Positions 9,785-20,459 of a stretch of DNA of 64,000 bases are shown piece by piece. The translations under genes and the position numbers were made by a program. Each line of letters starts with the position of its first letter. Within the stretch, counting starts at the first letter, position 1. Source of the DNA: Mobula birostris. Its lineage: Eukaryota. A model generated the notes under the pieces. That model had not been told where the DNA came from, did not search any database, and saw nothing but the letters and a program-made list of their open reading frames with translations. The DNA lies in assembly GCF_030028105.1 (NCBI RefSeq), contig NC_092382.1, forward strand, positions 6,152,215-6,216,214, written 5' to 3'.

Positions 9785-10980
9785 CAAGCTAGTAGTGGGG
9801 TTGTGTGGCTCTGTTGCTAAAAAAATTAAATAAGATCATTAGAAAGAGGTGGCATAGGGTTGGAAGCTGTAGAATCTCTGTGGGTAGAATTAAGGAAGAG
9901 CAAATGTAAAAAAAAATCCCTGATGGGAATTGTATAGAGACCTCCAAACAGCAGTAAGTCTGTGGTCCACAAATGACAATGGGAGATAGAAAATGCGTGC
10001 CAAAAGGGCAATCTTACAATCGTCATGGGGGATTGTCATGCAGATGATTCAGAAAATTAGGATGGTGTTGGTCTCAAGAGGAGGAATTCCTAGAATGCCT
10101 ACAGGATGCTTTTTTAGAACAGCTCGTGGTTTAGCCCACTTGGGGATCAGCTCTTCTGGATTGAGTGTTGTAATGAACTGGAATTAATTAGGTCACTAAA
10201 TTCAAAGAACACTTAGGGGCAAGTGATCTGAATATGATCACATTCACCCTGACATTAGAGAAGCAGAAGCTAAAGTCAGATGTGGAATAATTCGAGAGGC
10301 ATGAGAGAAAAAAAATGGTCAAAATTGGTTTGAAAAGAACACAGGCAGGGATGAAAACAGAGCAGCAATGGCTGGAATTTCTGGAAGCAATTCGGAAGGC
10401 AGAGAGTGAACACGTCACAAAGAGGAAGTAGTATTCTGAAGGTAAGGGGACAAAACCGTGGCTGATAAGAGAAACCAAAGACAACATAAAAACCAAAGAG
10501 AGGGCATAGAGCGAAGTTAGAGGATTGGGAAGTGTTTAAAAACCAACACAATGCAGTTAAAGTACTTAAGAAGGAAAAGATGGAACACATAGGTGAGCTA
10601 GCCAGTAATATTAAAGAGGATACCAATTTTTTCTTCAGGCACATATAGTGTAAAAGAGAGGCGGAAGTGGATATCAAACCACTGGAAAATGATGCTGGAG
10701 AGGGAGTAATGGGGTGGGGGTGCAAGGTGATGGCAGATGAACTGAATAAGTATTGTATATCACTCTTATCTGTCGAAGACACTGGCAGGAATATGGAATT
10801 CCCAGATGTCAGTGGTCAGAATGTATAAAGTTACGTTACTCGGGAGAAGGTTCTTGGGAAACAGAGATGGTCTGAAGATAAATAGGTCACCTGCACCAGA
10901 TGGTGCTCACCCCAGAGATCTGAAAGAGGTGGCTGAAGAGATGTGGAGGCATTAGCATTGATCTTTCGAGAATCGTTAAG
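9785..10980 (+). mobile_element. CR1 ORF2 (endonuclease region), decayed
   Basis: SLWVELRK, GIVYRPPNS and LGASDLNM-type motifs interrupted by stops and frameshifts. Confidence 0.75.
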
Positions 10981-11004
10981 GAAATTATATCCTAAGAAGT
11001 TTTT

Positions 11005-11250
11005 TTTCCTTCACTTCACCCCCCTCCCAGTTTCACCTATCACCTACCACTTCTTCCACCCCTTTCACCCCCACACTTCTTCCTCTGACGTCTCATCTTT
11101 TTCCTCCCAGTCCTGATGAAGGGTCTCGGCCCAAAATGTCGACTGTTTACTATTTCCCATATGTGCTGCCCAGCCTCCCGGGTTCCTCCAGTACTTGTTG
11201 TATGTGTTGCTTGGATTTCCAGCATCCACAGATTTTCTCCTGTTTTTGAT
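11005..11250 (+). mobile_element. Penelope-like element 3' terminal region
   Basis: Pyrimidine-rich lead-in, hammerhead motif and conserved family tail GGATTTCCAGCATC..GATTTTCTC. Confidence 0.6.
11108..11145 (+). ncRNA. Minimal type I hammerhead ribozyme motif (probably inactivated)
   Basis: CAGTC-CTGATGA-A-GGGT(CTCG)GCCC-AAAAT-GTC-GACTG; stems I and II pair; the GAAAC core is changed to AAAAT. Confidence 0.65.
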
Positions 11251-11810
11251 AAAAGCAAAAGTGGGGTCATATAATATAGCAAGAAAACAGTGGGAAGTTA
11301 GAGAATTGGAAAGCTTTTGTATAACAAACAGGAGACCACTGGGAAAAAAAAAGTCACTCTGGGGAGACAAGATGAAAAATTGAGTTAAGTGAGCCAATAA
11401 TATCAAGTATCAAAAGTTTTTCAGATATATAAACAGTAAAAGAGAGGCAAGAGTTGATATTGTACTGCTGGAAGATGATGCTGCGAGTTAGTAACAGAGC
11501 AAAGAAATAGCAGCAGAATGTAATAGTATTTTGTGTCAATCTTCACTGTGTAAGACACTGGCAGTATAAGACCATAAGACATAGGAGCAGAATTAGGCCA
11601 TTCAGCCCCATCGAGTCTGCTCCGCCGTTCTATCATGGCTGATCCCGGTTCTCACTCAACCCCCTGCACCTGCCTCCTCGCCATATGCCCTGACTGATCC
11701 GCAAACTATTAGCTTCTGCCTTAAATGTACCCACAGACTTGGCCCCCACCGCCGTCTGTGTCAGAGAATTCCACAGATTCACTGCTCTCTGACTAAATAA
11801 AATCCCCCTG
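11250..11810. mobile_element. CR1 fragments (+ strand ORF2 piece; - strand 3' end)
   Basis: CR1 tail ATAAGACCATAAGACATAGGAGCAG at ~11566. Confidence 0.65.
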
Positions 11811-11817
11811 AACTACT

Positions 11818-12535
11818 TGTATAGGTAAGCATATGATGTATGAAAATTGGCACGGCAGAGAAATGGTTAACAATTACGAATCTGTGGGTCTGTTATGTTG
11901 TTGGGCGGATTGACCCTTGATACTAGATAAGGGGAGAACAATATATGTGACTCTGGTCTACCGATCATATGCCTCAGAGCAAGCTGAAAGTGCTGATTTG
12001 TGTAAAAGTAATTAATCACTTTGTCTCCAAAGAATGTTTTTTTTAACATTGTTTGTTTGTAAGATTAATAGGATGTATTGTCCCTGAAGGAGGCAACGGC
12101 CGATTGTTGCCTGTCACCCGACCATCGACTGGAGGGGGGGGGGGGCGATACAGGTATAAAGGTGGGAGAGTCCGTTCTTGGGCCGACCACTCGCCTGGGC
12201 CCCAGCTTCGGGCTGAGCAGCCGAACCGGCGCCAAGGACCTCCACCCCAGCCAGTCCACGGTCGATCGCCTGCCTCAGGGACCACGCAGGCGTTGCTAAG
12301 TATACTCGGAGGTGTAGACTACCAGGGGTTGCTTAAGTTAGCCCTACCTGTTTGTGGTGTAGGTATGTATAATAAAAAGCATTTCTCACAACTCTCTATT
12401 TCCTTCTCTGTATTAACAATGAAGCGAGTACTCGGAGGAACTACTGAGTCTGGGTTCATTTGTTCATGCGAAACCAAATAGTCGCAGCATCCACCCGTCA
12501 CGGTTATTCTTATTGGGTATCAGTTCTGTGAAACA
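11818..12535 (+). mobile_element. 5' LTR of the endogenous retrovirus
   Basis: TGT...ACA termini, TATAAA at 12155-12160, AATAAA at 12371-12376, followed by AT-TGG (PBS); 5' limit uncertain. Confidence 0.65.
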
Positions 12536-12537
12536 AT

Positions 12538-12557
12538 TGGCAGCGTGGCAGCAGGAT
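12538..12557 (+). promoter_or_regulatory. Primer-binding site, degenerate, most like tRNA-Ser
   Basis: TGGCAGCGTGGCAGCAGGAT two nt after the LTR end; resembles TGGCG...GCAGGAT tRNA-Ser PBS. Confidence 0.45.
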
Positions 12558-12573
12558 ACGTGGATTGCCGAAA

Positions 12574-15500
12574 ATGTTTCGCTGGAACAAAGAGGTTTCC
12601 CCGGAACAATATCGCATACCTGGCAATGAACACGCTGGTAAAATCTGCAGAGCCGGAGTGTCGAGGTCCGAAATGAAGATCTGGGATCCGCCAACCACCA
12701 ATACGAGCCTTCGTGGATGATCTGACCATCACTACGGAGCCAGTGCCCGGTGCTGTGTGGATTCTGAAGGGGCTGGAAAGGGTGATGAGGTGGGCAAGGA
12801 TGTCCTTTAAGCCTGTAAAATCAGGATCTGTAGTGCTGGAGAAGGGGGAGAGCACAGGAGAAATTTCTCTATTGAGGACATTCCAACCCCTACCATCACA
12901 GAGAATCCTGTTAAAAGTCTTGGGAGGAGGTTTGATGCAACACTCAGAGACAAGGCAGCAATAAGAAATACCTGTGGGGAGTTTGAACAATGGCTGCAAG
13001 AGGTTGACAGGACTGGCCTTCCAGGGCGGATTAAGACATGGATTTACCAGCACGGTATACGACCCAGAATCCTCTGGCCACTGCTTCTCTGAGTTTCCAA
13101 TTCCCACTGTTGCTGAATTAGAGAGGGCAGTCAGCCGGTTCCTGCGAAGATGGCTGGGTTTACCAAGGAACATCAGCAGCATCGCTCTGTACAGGAGTAA
13201 CTGCAAACCAAGGCTCCTCCTGAAATCCATCGAGGAGGAGTTCAAGGTTTTGTGAGCAAGAGAGGTGCTGCAGTTTCGGGAATCTTCAGATCCACAGGTT
13301 GCCGGAGCAAGAGTGGTGGTGAGAACTGGAAGAGAGTGGAGAACGGAAGCTGCGGTGGAAGAAGCTGAGGCGCGACTGTGTCACAAAGTGCTGGTGGGGG
13401 CAGTCGCCAAGGGAAGAGTTGGACTCGGAGGCCTTGAAGTCCCCCAGTTTGACAAAGTACAAGGGAAAGAGTGACGAGAACTGGTCCAGAATGAAGTAAG
13501 GGCAGCTGTGGAGGAGGAGAGGACCAGCAGAGCGGTGGCAATGAAACAACAAGGAGCCTGGACCAAATGGGAGCGGGTGATCGAGCGAAAGATCACGTGG
13601 AATGATCTCTGGAAGGTGGGTTCACACCGCATCAGGTTCCTTATCCAGGCTGTTTCTGCCGTCCTTCCTAGCCTGTCCAACCTGCACTGCTGGGGCCCTG
13701 CAGAACGACCAGCTTGCCCCCTCTGTGAGAAGACCGGTACGCTAGAGCACATTCTGAGCTGCTGCCCCAGAGCTCTTGCCGATGGCCGTTATCGGTGGCG
13801 GCATGACCAGGTTCTCCGGACAATTGCGGAGACAATCTGCAGCACCCTTAACATCTGCCGGAAAACAAGTCTGGTCAAGAATACCATCTGCTTTGTCAAA
13901 GAGGGGGAAAGACCAACAGAACACCAGAAAGCAACCGGGTTGCTCTTCACTGCGCAGGACTGGAGCTAAAAGCAGACCTGGGAAAACAGCTGCAGTTTCC
14001 TCCCCACATCACAGAGATTACACTGCGGCCCGACACTGTGTTGTGGTCCGACTCATTGAAGCACGTCCCTATGCTGGGGCTAACCGTGCCGCGGGAAGAA
14101 CGCATGGAGGGGGTCTACGAGCAGAAAAGAGCCAAGTATGAAGATCTGAAGAACAACTTGCAGAGAAGAGGCTGGAGAGCAGGAGTGCTGGCCCGTGGAG
14201 GTCGGGTATCGTGGCTTTGCAGGCCAGTCGCTCTGCAAAGTACACACTGCACTTGGAGTCACGGGAGAGAGAAGAAGGAGAGCCATTTCTACCACCATAG
14301 ATGCGGCAGAGAAAGCGTCAAGATGGCTCTGGATAAAGAGGGCAGATCCGTGGGTAGCTGCTAGGACACAGGCCGGGGTCTGATCAACCCCGGCTGGGTC
14401 ACCTGGGCGAGAGTGTATGATGTTGAAAGACCTGAAACACCTGACGACCCCAGGTAACGTCACTGATGATGTGTCCCAGCTTAGCATCAGTCAGATGTTT
14501 CTGTAAGAAGAAGGTGGACAGATAATACTGATGGTTTTGGTGTACTTGCTAACACCCTTGCTGAGCTGGGACCTCCCATAAGCTGGGATGATCGCCTAGA
14601 TAATACTGGCAAGAAACTGCGAAGTAAGATGGCTAGACTGTTGCGAGAAATAAATTTTCCATCAAAACAAGGTTCTCATACCGATGGCTATTGGCTGCTG
14701 GCCACAGCCTTGTGCCAACAGTTGGAAAGGACCCGTGAGGTGGAACAAGAAAGAGATACGTCGAGGGATGAAGGAATGCTGTGAAGGAGAGGTGCTCAGT
14801 CATGATTGAGGTGGTGAGGACCAGTCAGAATAGGGCACAGGAAGCTGAGGAGAAGGGAATTAAGATGACATGTAGACTAGTGCAAATTAAACATCAGGAG
14901 GCGCTCACCGCCAGAATTATACCCCCGATGCCATGAAGATAAGATCAATGTTGTTATCCAAGGGAGATCCAGATACTTGGGATGGGGATATATGGTATGA
15001 TGATAATGGGTCCTTTGGTGAGGGGGAAACTGCTTTTCCCTCAGAACCATTGCAGGCTCGGCCTGCTGTGATGAATTCTCAAAAGACTGTACCTGGGCAG
15101 CCGGGAGTACAGACTCTCGAGTATAATGATAAGGAGCTATCTGAGATGGCTGTCCGTTTTAAGCAAAGGTCTGGGGAGTCGCTAGCGGAATGGTTACTCC
15201 GCTTGTGGGATGATAGAGGTGCTGGTATAACCTTTCACAGGTACAGTGGGACTGGGAGACTGCCGCTGAAGGCATTCACCGCTGAAGACAACAGGCCCTG
15301 GTCAATAGGATGTCTGGGGACTGGGACGCACAGTGGCGGCAGGGTCGAGATCCCGACCAAGAGGAATTCACCGGAGGGATGTACACGAGATTGGTGCGGT
15401 CAGCCGCCCCATCCATTCGGGCTGTGGCTCTTGCATTGTTGGGGCCCTCAGTTCAGGAGGATGTGGAGGACGTGACTAGTGCTTCGGCGAACCTTTCGGA

Positions 15501-15844
15501 CTGCAGGTGGTTAAACCCCGAGTCCGTTCGACACGGCTAACGAATATTGGAGGGGAAGGTACTAACGGTACCAATGGGACTAGGAAACCCGCCCTGACGC
15601 GCAGGGGAGATGTTCGCTACTCTTTTGAAAGCAGGCGTCGGTAAGGAGAAGATTGACGAGGTGCCGACTAGTGTGTTGTATGCTATGTATCGTGAGCACA
15701 TGGAAGCTGGGAAGACGCCGGTGGACCCTCCTGCTCCTCCTGCCTTCTCAGTACCCATCGTCAGCTGGATTGCAGGACGTAATGAAAAAGGCCATACAGG
15801 AGGAGACCGGGAAATGGCGGCCTCCTAAACCCTCCCGGACCTAG
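12574..15844 (+). pseudogene. gag: ERV gag (class III, ERV-L/Fv1-related), split by a Hero insertion and frameshifted
   Basis: MFRWNKEVSPEQYRIPG (12574-12623) rejoins WTDNTDG... at 14514; DPDTWDGDIW and KQRSGESLAEWLLRLWD motifs. Confidence 0.8.
12620..14512 (+). mobile_element. Hero (R2-superfamily, restriction-like endonuclease) non-LTR retrotransposon, 5'-truncated
   Basis: RQPPIRAFVDDLT RT motif, CPLC...LEHILSCC...YRWRHDQVL, TLRPD...LTVP.EE, EVGYRGF, ASRWLWIKR. Confidence 0.85.
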
Positions 15845-18670
15845 TGGGATGACCGGGTTCCCCCGACATATGAGATCCATTCGATGTGGACCCGAGGGCA
15901 CCGTAGGCGTTATATACCATTATGTCCATTGGGCTAAGGGAAATAATCAACGGACTGTTGCTCTGGTCGATACTGGGGCAGAACATACTGTGATCCCGGG
16001 AGACCCCAACAAGTGGAGGGGACCCGAGTATAATATTGAAGTGATGGGGGGGCGGGGGTGCCCTTACTAGGGCCCAGGAAGTAACGGTACGAGTAACGAT
16101 TGACAAAAACGTCCCCCCGTTCTGTGTCTGTCCTAATTGCTGTAACCACCGAGCGTATCTTCGGAATGAATGCGTTACGGGGAGTGCAATTGAAGACATC
16201 GTTAGGAACCTTTAGTTTTGGGATCCGGAGCATGCGAGTGGTAGTCGGAAGGGCAAAGTGGGAGCCCCTGTTTATCCCTCCACCGACGCAGATAGTGTCG
16301 GTTCCACAATACCGGATCCCAGGAGGTCACAAGGAAATGACTGAAACTATTGCCTCCTTGAAGCAAGCTGGGGTTATTCGACCCGCCACGTCCCCGTACA
16401 ATAGCCCGGTCTGGCTGATAAAGAAGCCAGACAGGTCCTGGCAAATGACTGTTGACTATCGACAATTGAATCGATACTCTTCCCCGTTGAGTTCTGCTGT
16501 GCCCGACATAGTGACGCTGGTGGATGATATTCCGGATGATGCAGATGGTCGATGGTATGTTGTTATTGATCTGGCCAGCGCCTTCTGTTCGATTCCCTTG
16601 GAGGAGGAATCACAGGAGCAGTTGGCTTTCACCTGGAACGGTCGGCAATATCCCTTCACTCGTTTGCCACAGGGACCTGTCCATAGTCCGACCTCATGCC
16701 GCGGGATAGTGGCAGGTGATCTGGAGACCTGCGCACTGCCCCCTAACGTCGGAGTTCACCACTACATCGATGATGTCATGTTACAGGGACCGGACGGGGA
16801 GGGTGTCGCAGAGGCGCTGCCGTCCCTGTTACAGTGTGTGCGAGAGAGGGGATGGGCTGTGAATGAAGATAAGGTGCAAGGTCCCAGTCAATCCCTGACG
16901 TTTCTGGGGATCCACTGGCATGCTGGGGAGAGGATTATACCGGAAAAGGTACGAAATAAAATACAAACCACAGCTACTCCCGCTAATAAGCAAGAAGCTC
17001 GGCGCTTTATGTGGTTATTGGTATATTGGAGAAGACATATTCCCGAATTGACTCTCCTACTGAAACCACTGTACGCGGTCACTCGTAAGAAGAGCAAACT
17101 CACATGGGGAGATGAGCAAAAGGAGGCATTCGAGCAGTCCAAAATGGCAGCTGAACGGGCTCATTCCCCTTTCACCTCGGGTCCCGGGGGCCCCGTATGA
17201 ATTACGGGTGTCTGTTCATGATAACGTGGCCGTGTAGAGTCTGTGGCAGCTGCAGAATGGGAGGAGGGTGCCCCTCGGGTTCTGATCACGCACTATGCCG
17301 GAGGCTGCCGGACGATATACCCCGTTAGAACGACAGCTCCTGGCTTGTTATTGGGCCCTGGTGGAAATGGAGTCCATCACGGGATCAGACTCCACGGTGT
17401 TGCGACCTGATTTGCCTATTATGTCCTGGGTGCTCGCCCCAGATACAAAGGTGAGGCAGGGGCGTGCACAGCAGTCATCCATATCGAATTGGAAATGGTA
17501 TATACAGGACCGGGCCGCTAAAGTATCCGAAGGAGTCAGCCGTCTTCAGGAACAAGTAGCCAGATGACCTATGACAGCGGGAACCGAGGAAGAGAAGGCG
17601 GCTCCCCCTCTCGAACCCTCCCCCATTCGATGGGGCCCGCCGTACGAGGAATTGACATCGGGTGAAAAGGCTGGTGCCTGGTTTACGGACGGCTGGAACC
17701 GTTGGGTGTGAGAGGGCCAACCGTGGAAGGCCGCTGCCCTGCGACCCTCGGACGATTCTCAGTTAATACAAGAAGGAGAGGACGGATCCAGTCAGCTGCC
17801 GGAACTTGTGGCGGTTACCCTGCCCTCTTCCCTCCCCACCAAGGAAATTAGAATATATACCGACTCGTTGGCGGTGGCTAATGGAATGGCTGTCTGTATG
17901 GTGAGCTGGCAGATGCACCAGTGGGCAGTTCATAATAAACCTATCTGGGGCAAGGAATATTGGCAGCAGGTATGACAAGAGGTGCGGAGGCGCGATATTT
18001 ATGTGTATCATGTGAATGCCCACCAGGAGGACATTACGACGCTCCACAATAGTCACGTAGACGGCTTGGCTGCGGTATCTGCTATTACAGTGCCTCTGGT
18101 TAGATGGGCCCACGAACAGTCCGGCCGTCCCGCGGAGAAGGGGACGTGAGAGAGGGACGAGACCATGGGATATCTTTGACGGTGGATGACTGTCGGACTA
18201 CTGTGTCGGAGTGTCCGATTTGTCAGCAAGTCAAGTCTCGCTCTGTCTCGCGTGGACCTTTTGGCCATATTAAGAGAGGCTCCGTACCCGGCGAAAGTAT
18301 GGCAGATTGATTACATTGGACTCCTGCCCCCACATAAGAATGATAAATATGTCTTGACAAAGGTGGACACTTATTCTGGATTCCTGTTGGCCAGACCCTT
18401 TCCTAGTACCAGTCAGGAGTCCACTATTCCGGGGTGGAATACCTGTTGTTACATTATGGCACATCCGAGGAAATACAGTCAGATAATGGATCCCACTTTA
18501 CAGGGCAACAGATCCAGGATTGGGAGAAAGAGCAAGGTATTTATTGGGTCTACCATATATTTAATTACCCCCAAGCAGCTGGCTTGATTGAACGATTTAA
18601 TGGACTTCTGAAGCAGCAGATTCAATTGATGACCCCCACCCACACTATGAAGGGGCAATGTATGTGTTGA
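15845..18670 (+). pseudogene. pol: ERV pro-pol (protease, RT, tether, RNase H, integrase), decayed
   Basis: ALVDTGAE; KKPDRSWQMTVDYRQLN; RLPQG; HYIDD; LERQLLACYWAL; WFTDG; CPIC, WQIDYIG, IQSDNGSHF, GLIERFNGLLK. Confidence 0.92.
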
Positions 18671-19699
18671 CAATGGTGAACATTCATTCTGGATTCCTGT
18701 TGGCCAGACCCTTTTCCAGTGCCAGTCAGCAGTCCACTATTCATGTTCATGCCATCAGGTTGGGGAGGGGGTACTCAGCCGGAATATAAGGTGCTGATCC
18801 TGGACCCTGAGGGTAGCCTCATCTTAGCACAAGAGGAAGTGATGGGTTGACAGGTCGGAACAGGAATGGGAATCAGAATGAAAATGTTTGGACAGCGGGA
18901 AGTTCCGCTCGGAGCGGATAGTTCAGAGATTAATTTATTATTAAAGCGGTATCCATGAACATCACCACGAAACAAAGAAAGAACATGAAAGTCGTTCAGA
19001 GAGAAAAATCAAACTCCCACCTCACCCCCTACATCAAAAAGAACGGCATCCCGATCATCAACCCCCAAAACCCACCCCTCCCGCACAAAAGGGAACAATA
19101 ACATCGACCCCCGCCCCCACCAATAAAAACAACCCGACCCCGCACAACTGCGGAGGGTCTGGTGTCACCAGTGTCGAGGCGGCCGCATCGGGAGCAGCGG
19201 ACACAACGGGCGACCCCGGAAGATTCACAGGTGAAGTGTCGCCTCACCTGGAAGGATGTTTGGACAACGGAGAGAGTTCGGCCGTCCGGCCCTTTCACTG
19301 TGACACCCCGAACTCCACATCAAATCCGTCCAAACCAATCTGGGTGAACTTTAATGACCAATAAATATAATTCCTCTCAGCGATCAGCTGTCTGAGTGAT
19401 CCCCTGACTCTGAGAGGAAGGGGTGTCTCTGGTCCACATTGTCAGGGTGTTGAGTTTACCAGGAGACAGAGACTGCAGGGACGAGAGGTTTTCTGTTGAC
19501 TAATACACTGTGTGTGGACCCCGCTGGCAATTCTGGTGTTGTGACCCGAATCGAGACAAACACCAGGCTGCCCACTCCACCAACAACACGGCACAGCCGG
19601 ACACATAACAGGGGACTTTACATCTCACAACACTGGATTCAGTGATGAAACCCGTGATTAATGTTGTTGTCCCACCGAAATCATCAGAAACGTCCATTC

Positions 19700-20156
19700 A
19701 GGTGTTTCTAAATACGAGCGCTCCCCCACAGGTGACGTCACACAGGTGCACGCACACGCCTGATGTCACACATGGGTTCCCGACACCAGGATCTGCCCTC
19801 ACGGTGTCTTACGTCACCCACGCGCTGGTGAGCTCGAGCTTTATCGGTTAAACGGCTGGGCTACTAATCACGTGACCAGCCCCTCCCCCATCGTTGTCAA
19901 CAGAGGATTCAGGAGCTGCGCTATAACCATTGGTGCGAAGCGATGTCAATCACTGGTTACAACCAATAGCCGAGGCGGACAAGGCGAGTGGGTGTTACCC
20001 CGCTGAATCCGTCGCCCGATCAAGTGACGACTCATCAGAGCGGAACAAATCCCAAAGTAAATGTCCGCTTTCTGATTTATTTCCATTTCCCTCCGAGGGA
20101 AGTTGGGGCGTTTGTGAAGCGTCTCCTGCGGCCGGAGTCTGATGTGTCGCTGAGAG
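19700..20156. promoter_or_regulatory. CpG-island promoter, likely bidirectional; putative exon 1 of ZNF gene 2
   Basis: ~19820-20030 is a reverse-complement homolog of ~20-230 (TCACGTGACC, two CCAAT boxes); TGACGTCA at ~19733; donor GAG|GTAGGA at 20157 (+) and GTAAGA at 19812 (-). Confidence 0.6.
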
Positions 20157-20459
20157 GTAGGAGGAGACCGCTCGGCCCGTCGGTTTGATGCCGGTTCCCC
20201 GGGGAGGGAGAGGATGAAGACGGTGAGAGAGGGGGCGGACAGGATGTTTGTCCCGGTGGGGACAGGAGGGGCTCATCTGTGGAAATGTCTGAGCCCACGG
20301 TGGTGGCGATTCACCACATTGGGGGGCAAACACCGGCAGACTGTTGCCCTGCAAGCGGGGCCAATGGTCCGGGCAAAGTGACAATTATTTGTGTTTTGTT
20401 GAGACTGTACCGGGAATATGGTGTAAAATCCCGCTCCCCACACTAACACGGGTTATATA

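Noticed and set aside
12520-13245. 241-aa minus-strand ORF and similar long antisense ORFs over Hero, CR1 and Gypsy
   Set aside because: Antisense shadows of retroelement coding sequence
14420-14480. GAAAC...GTC A CTGATGA in the Hero 3' UTR as a hammerhead
   Set aside because: A stem III-like hairpin exists, but stem I is absent and stem II does not pair
18742-18860. dUTPase or env remnant after the ERV integrase
   Set aside because: Only a vague EYKVLIL resemblance; no conserved dUTPase or env motifs
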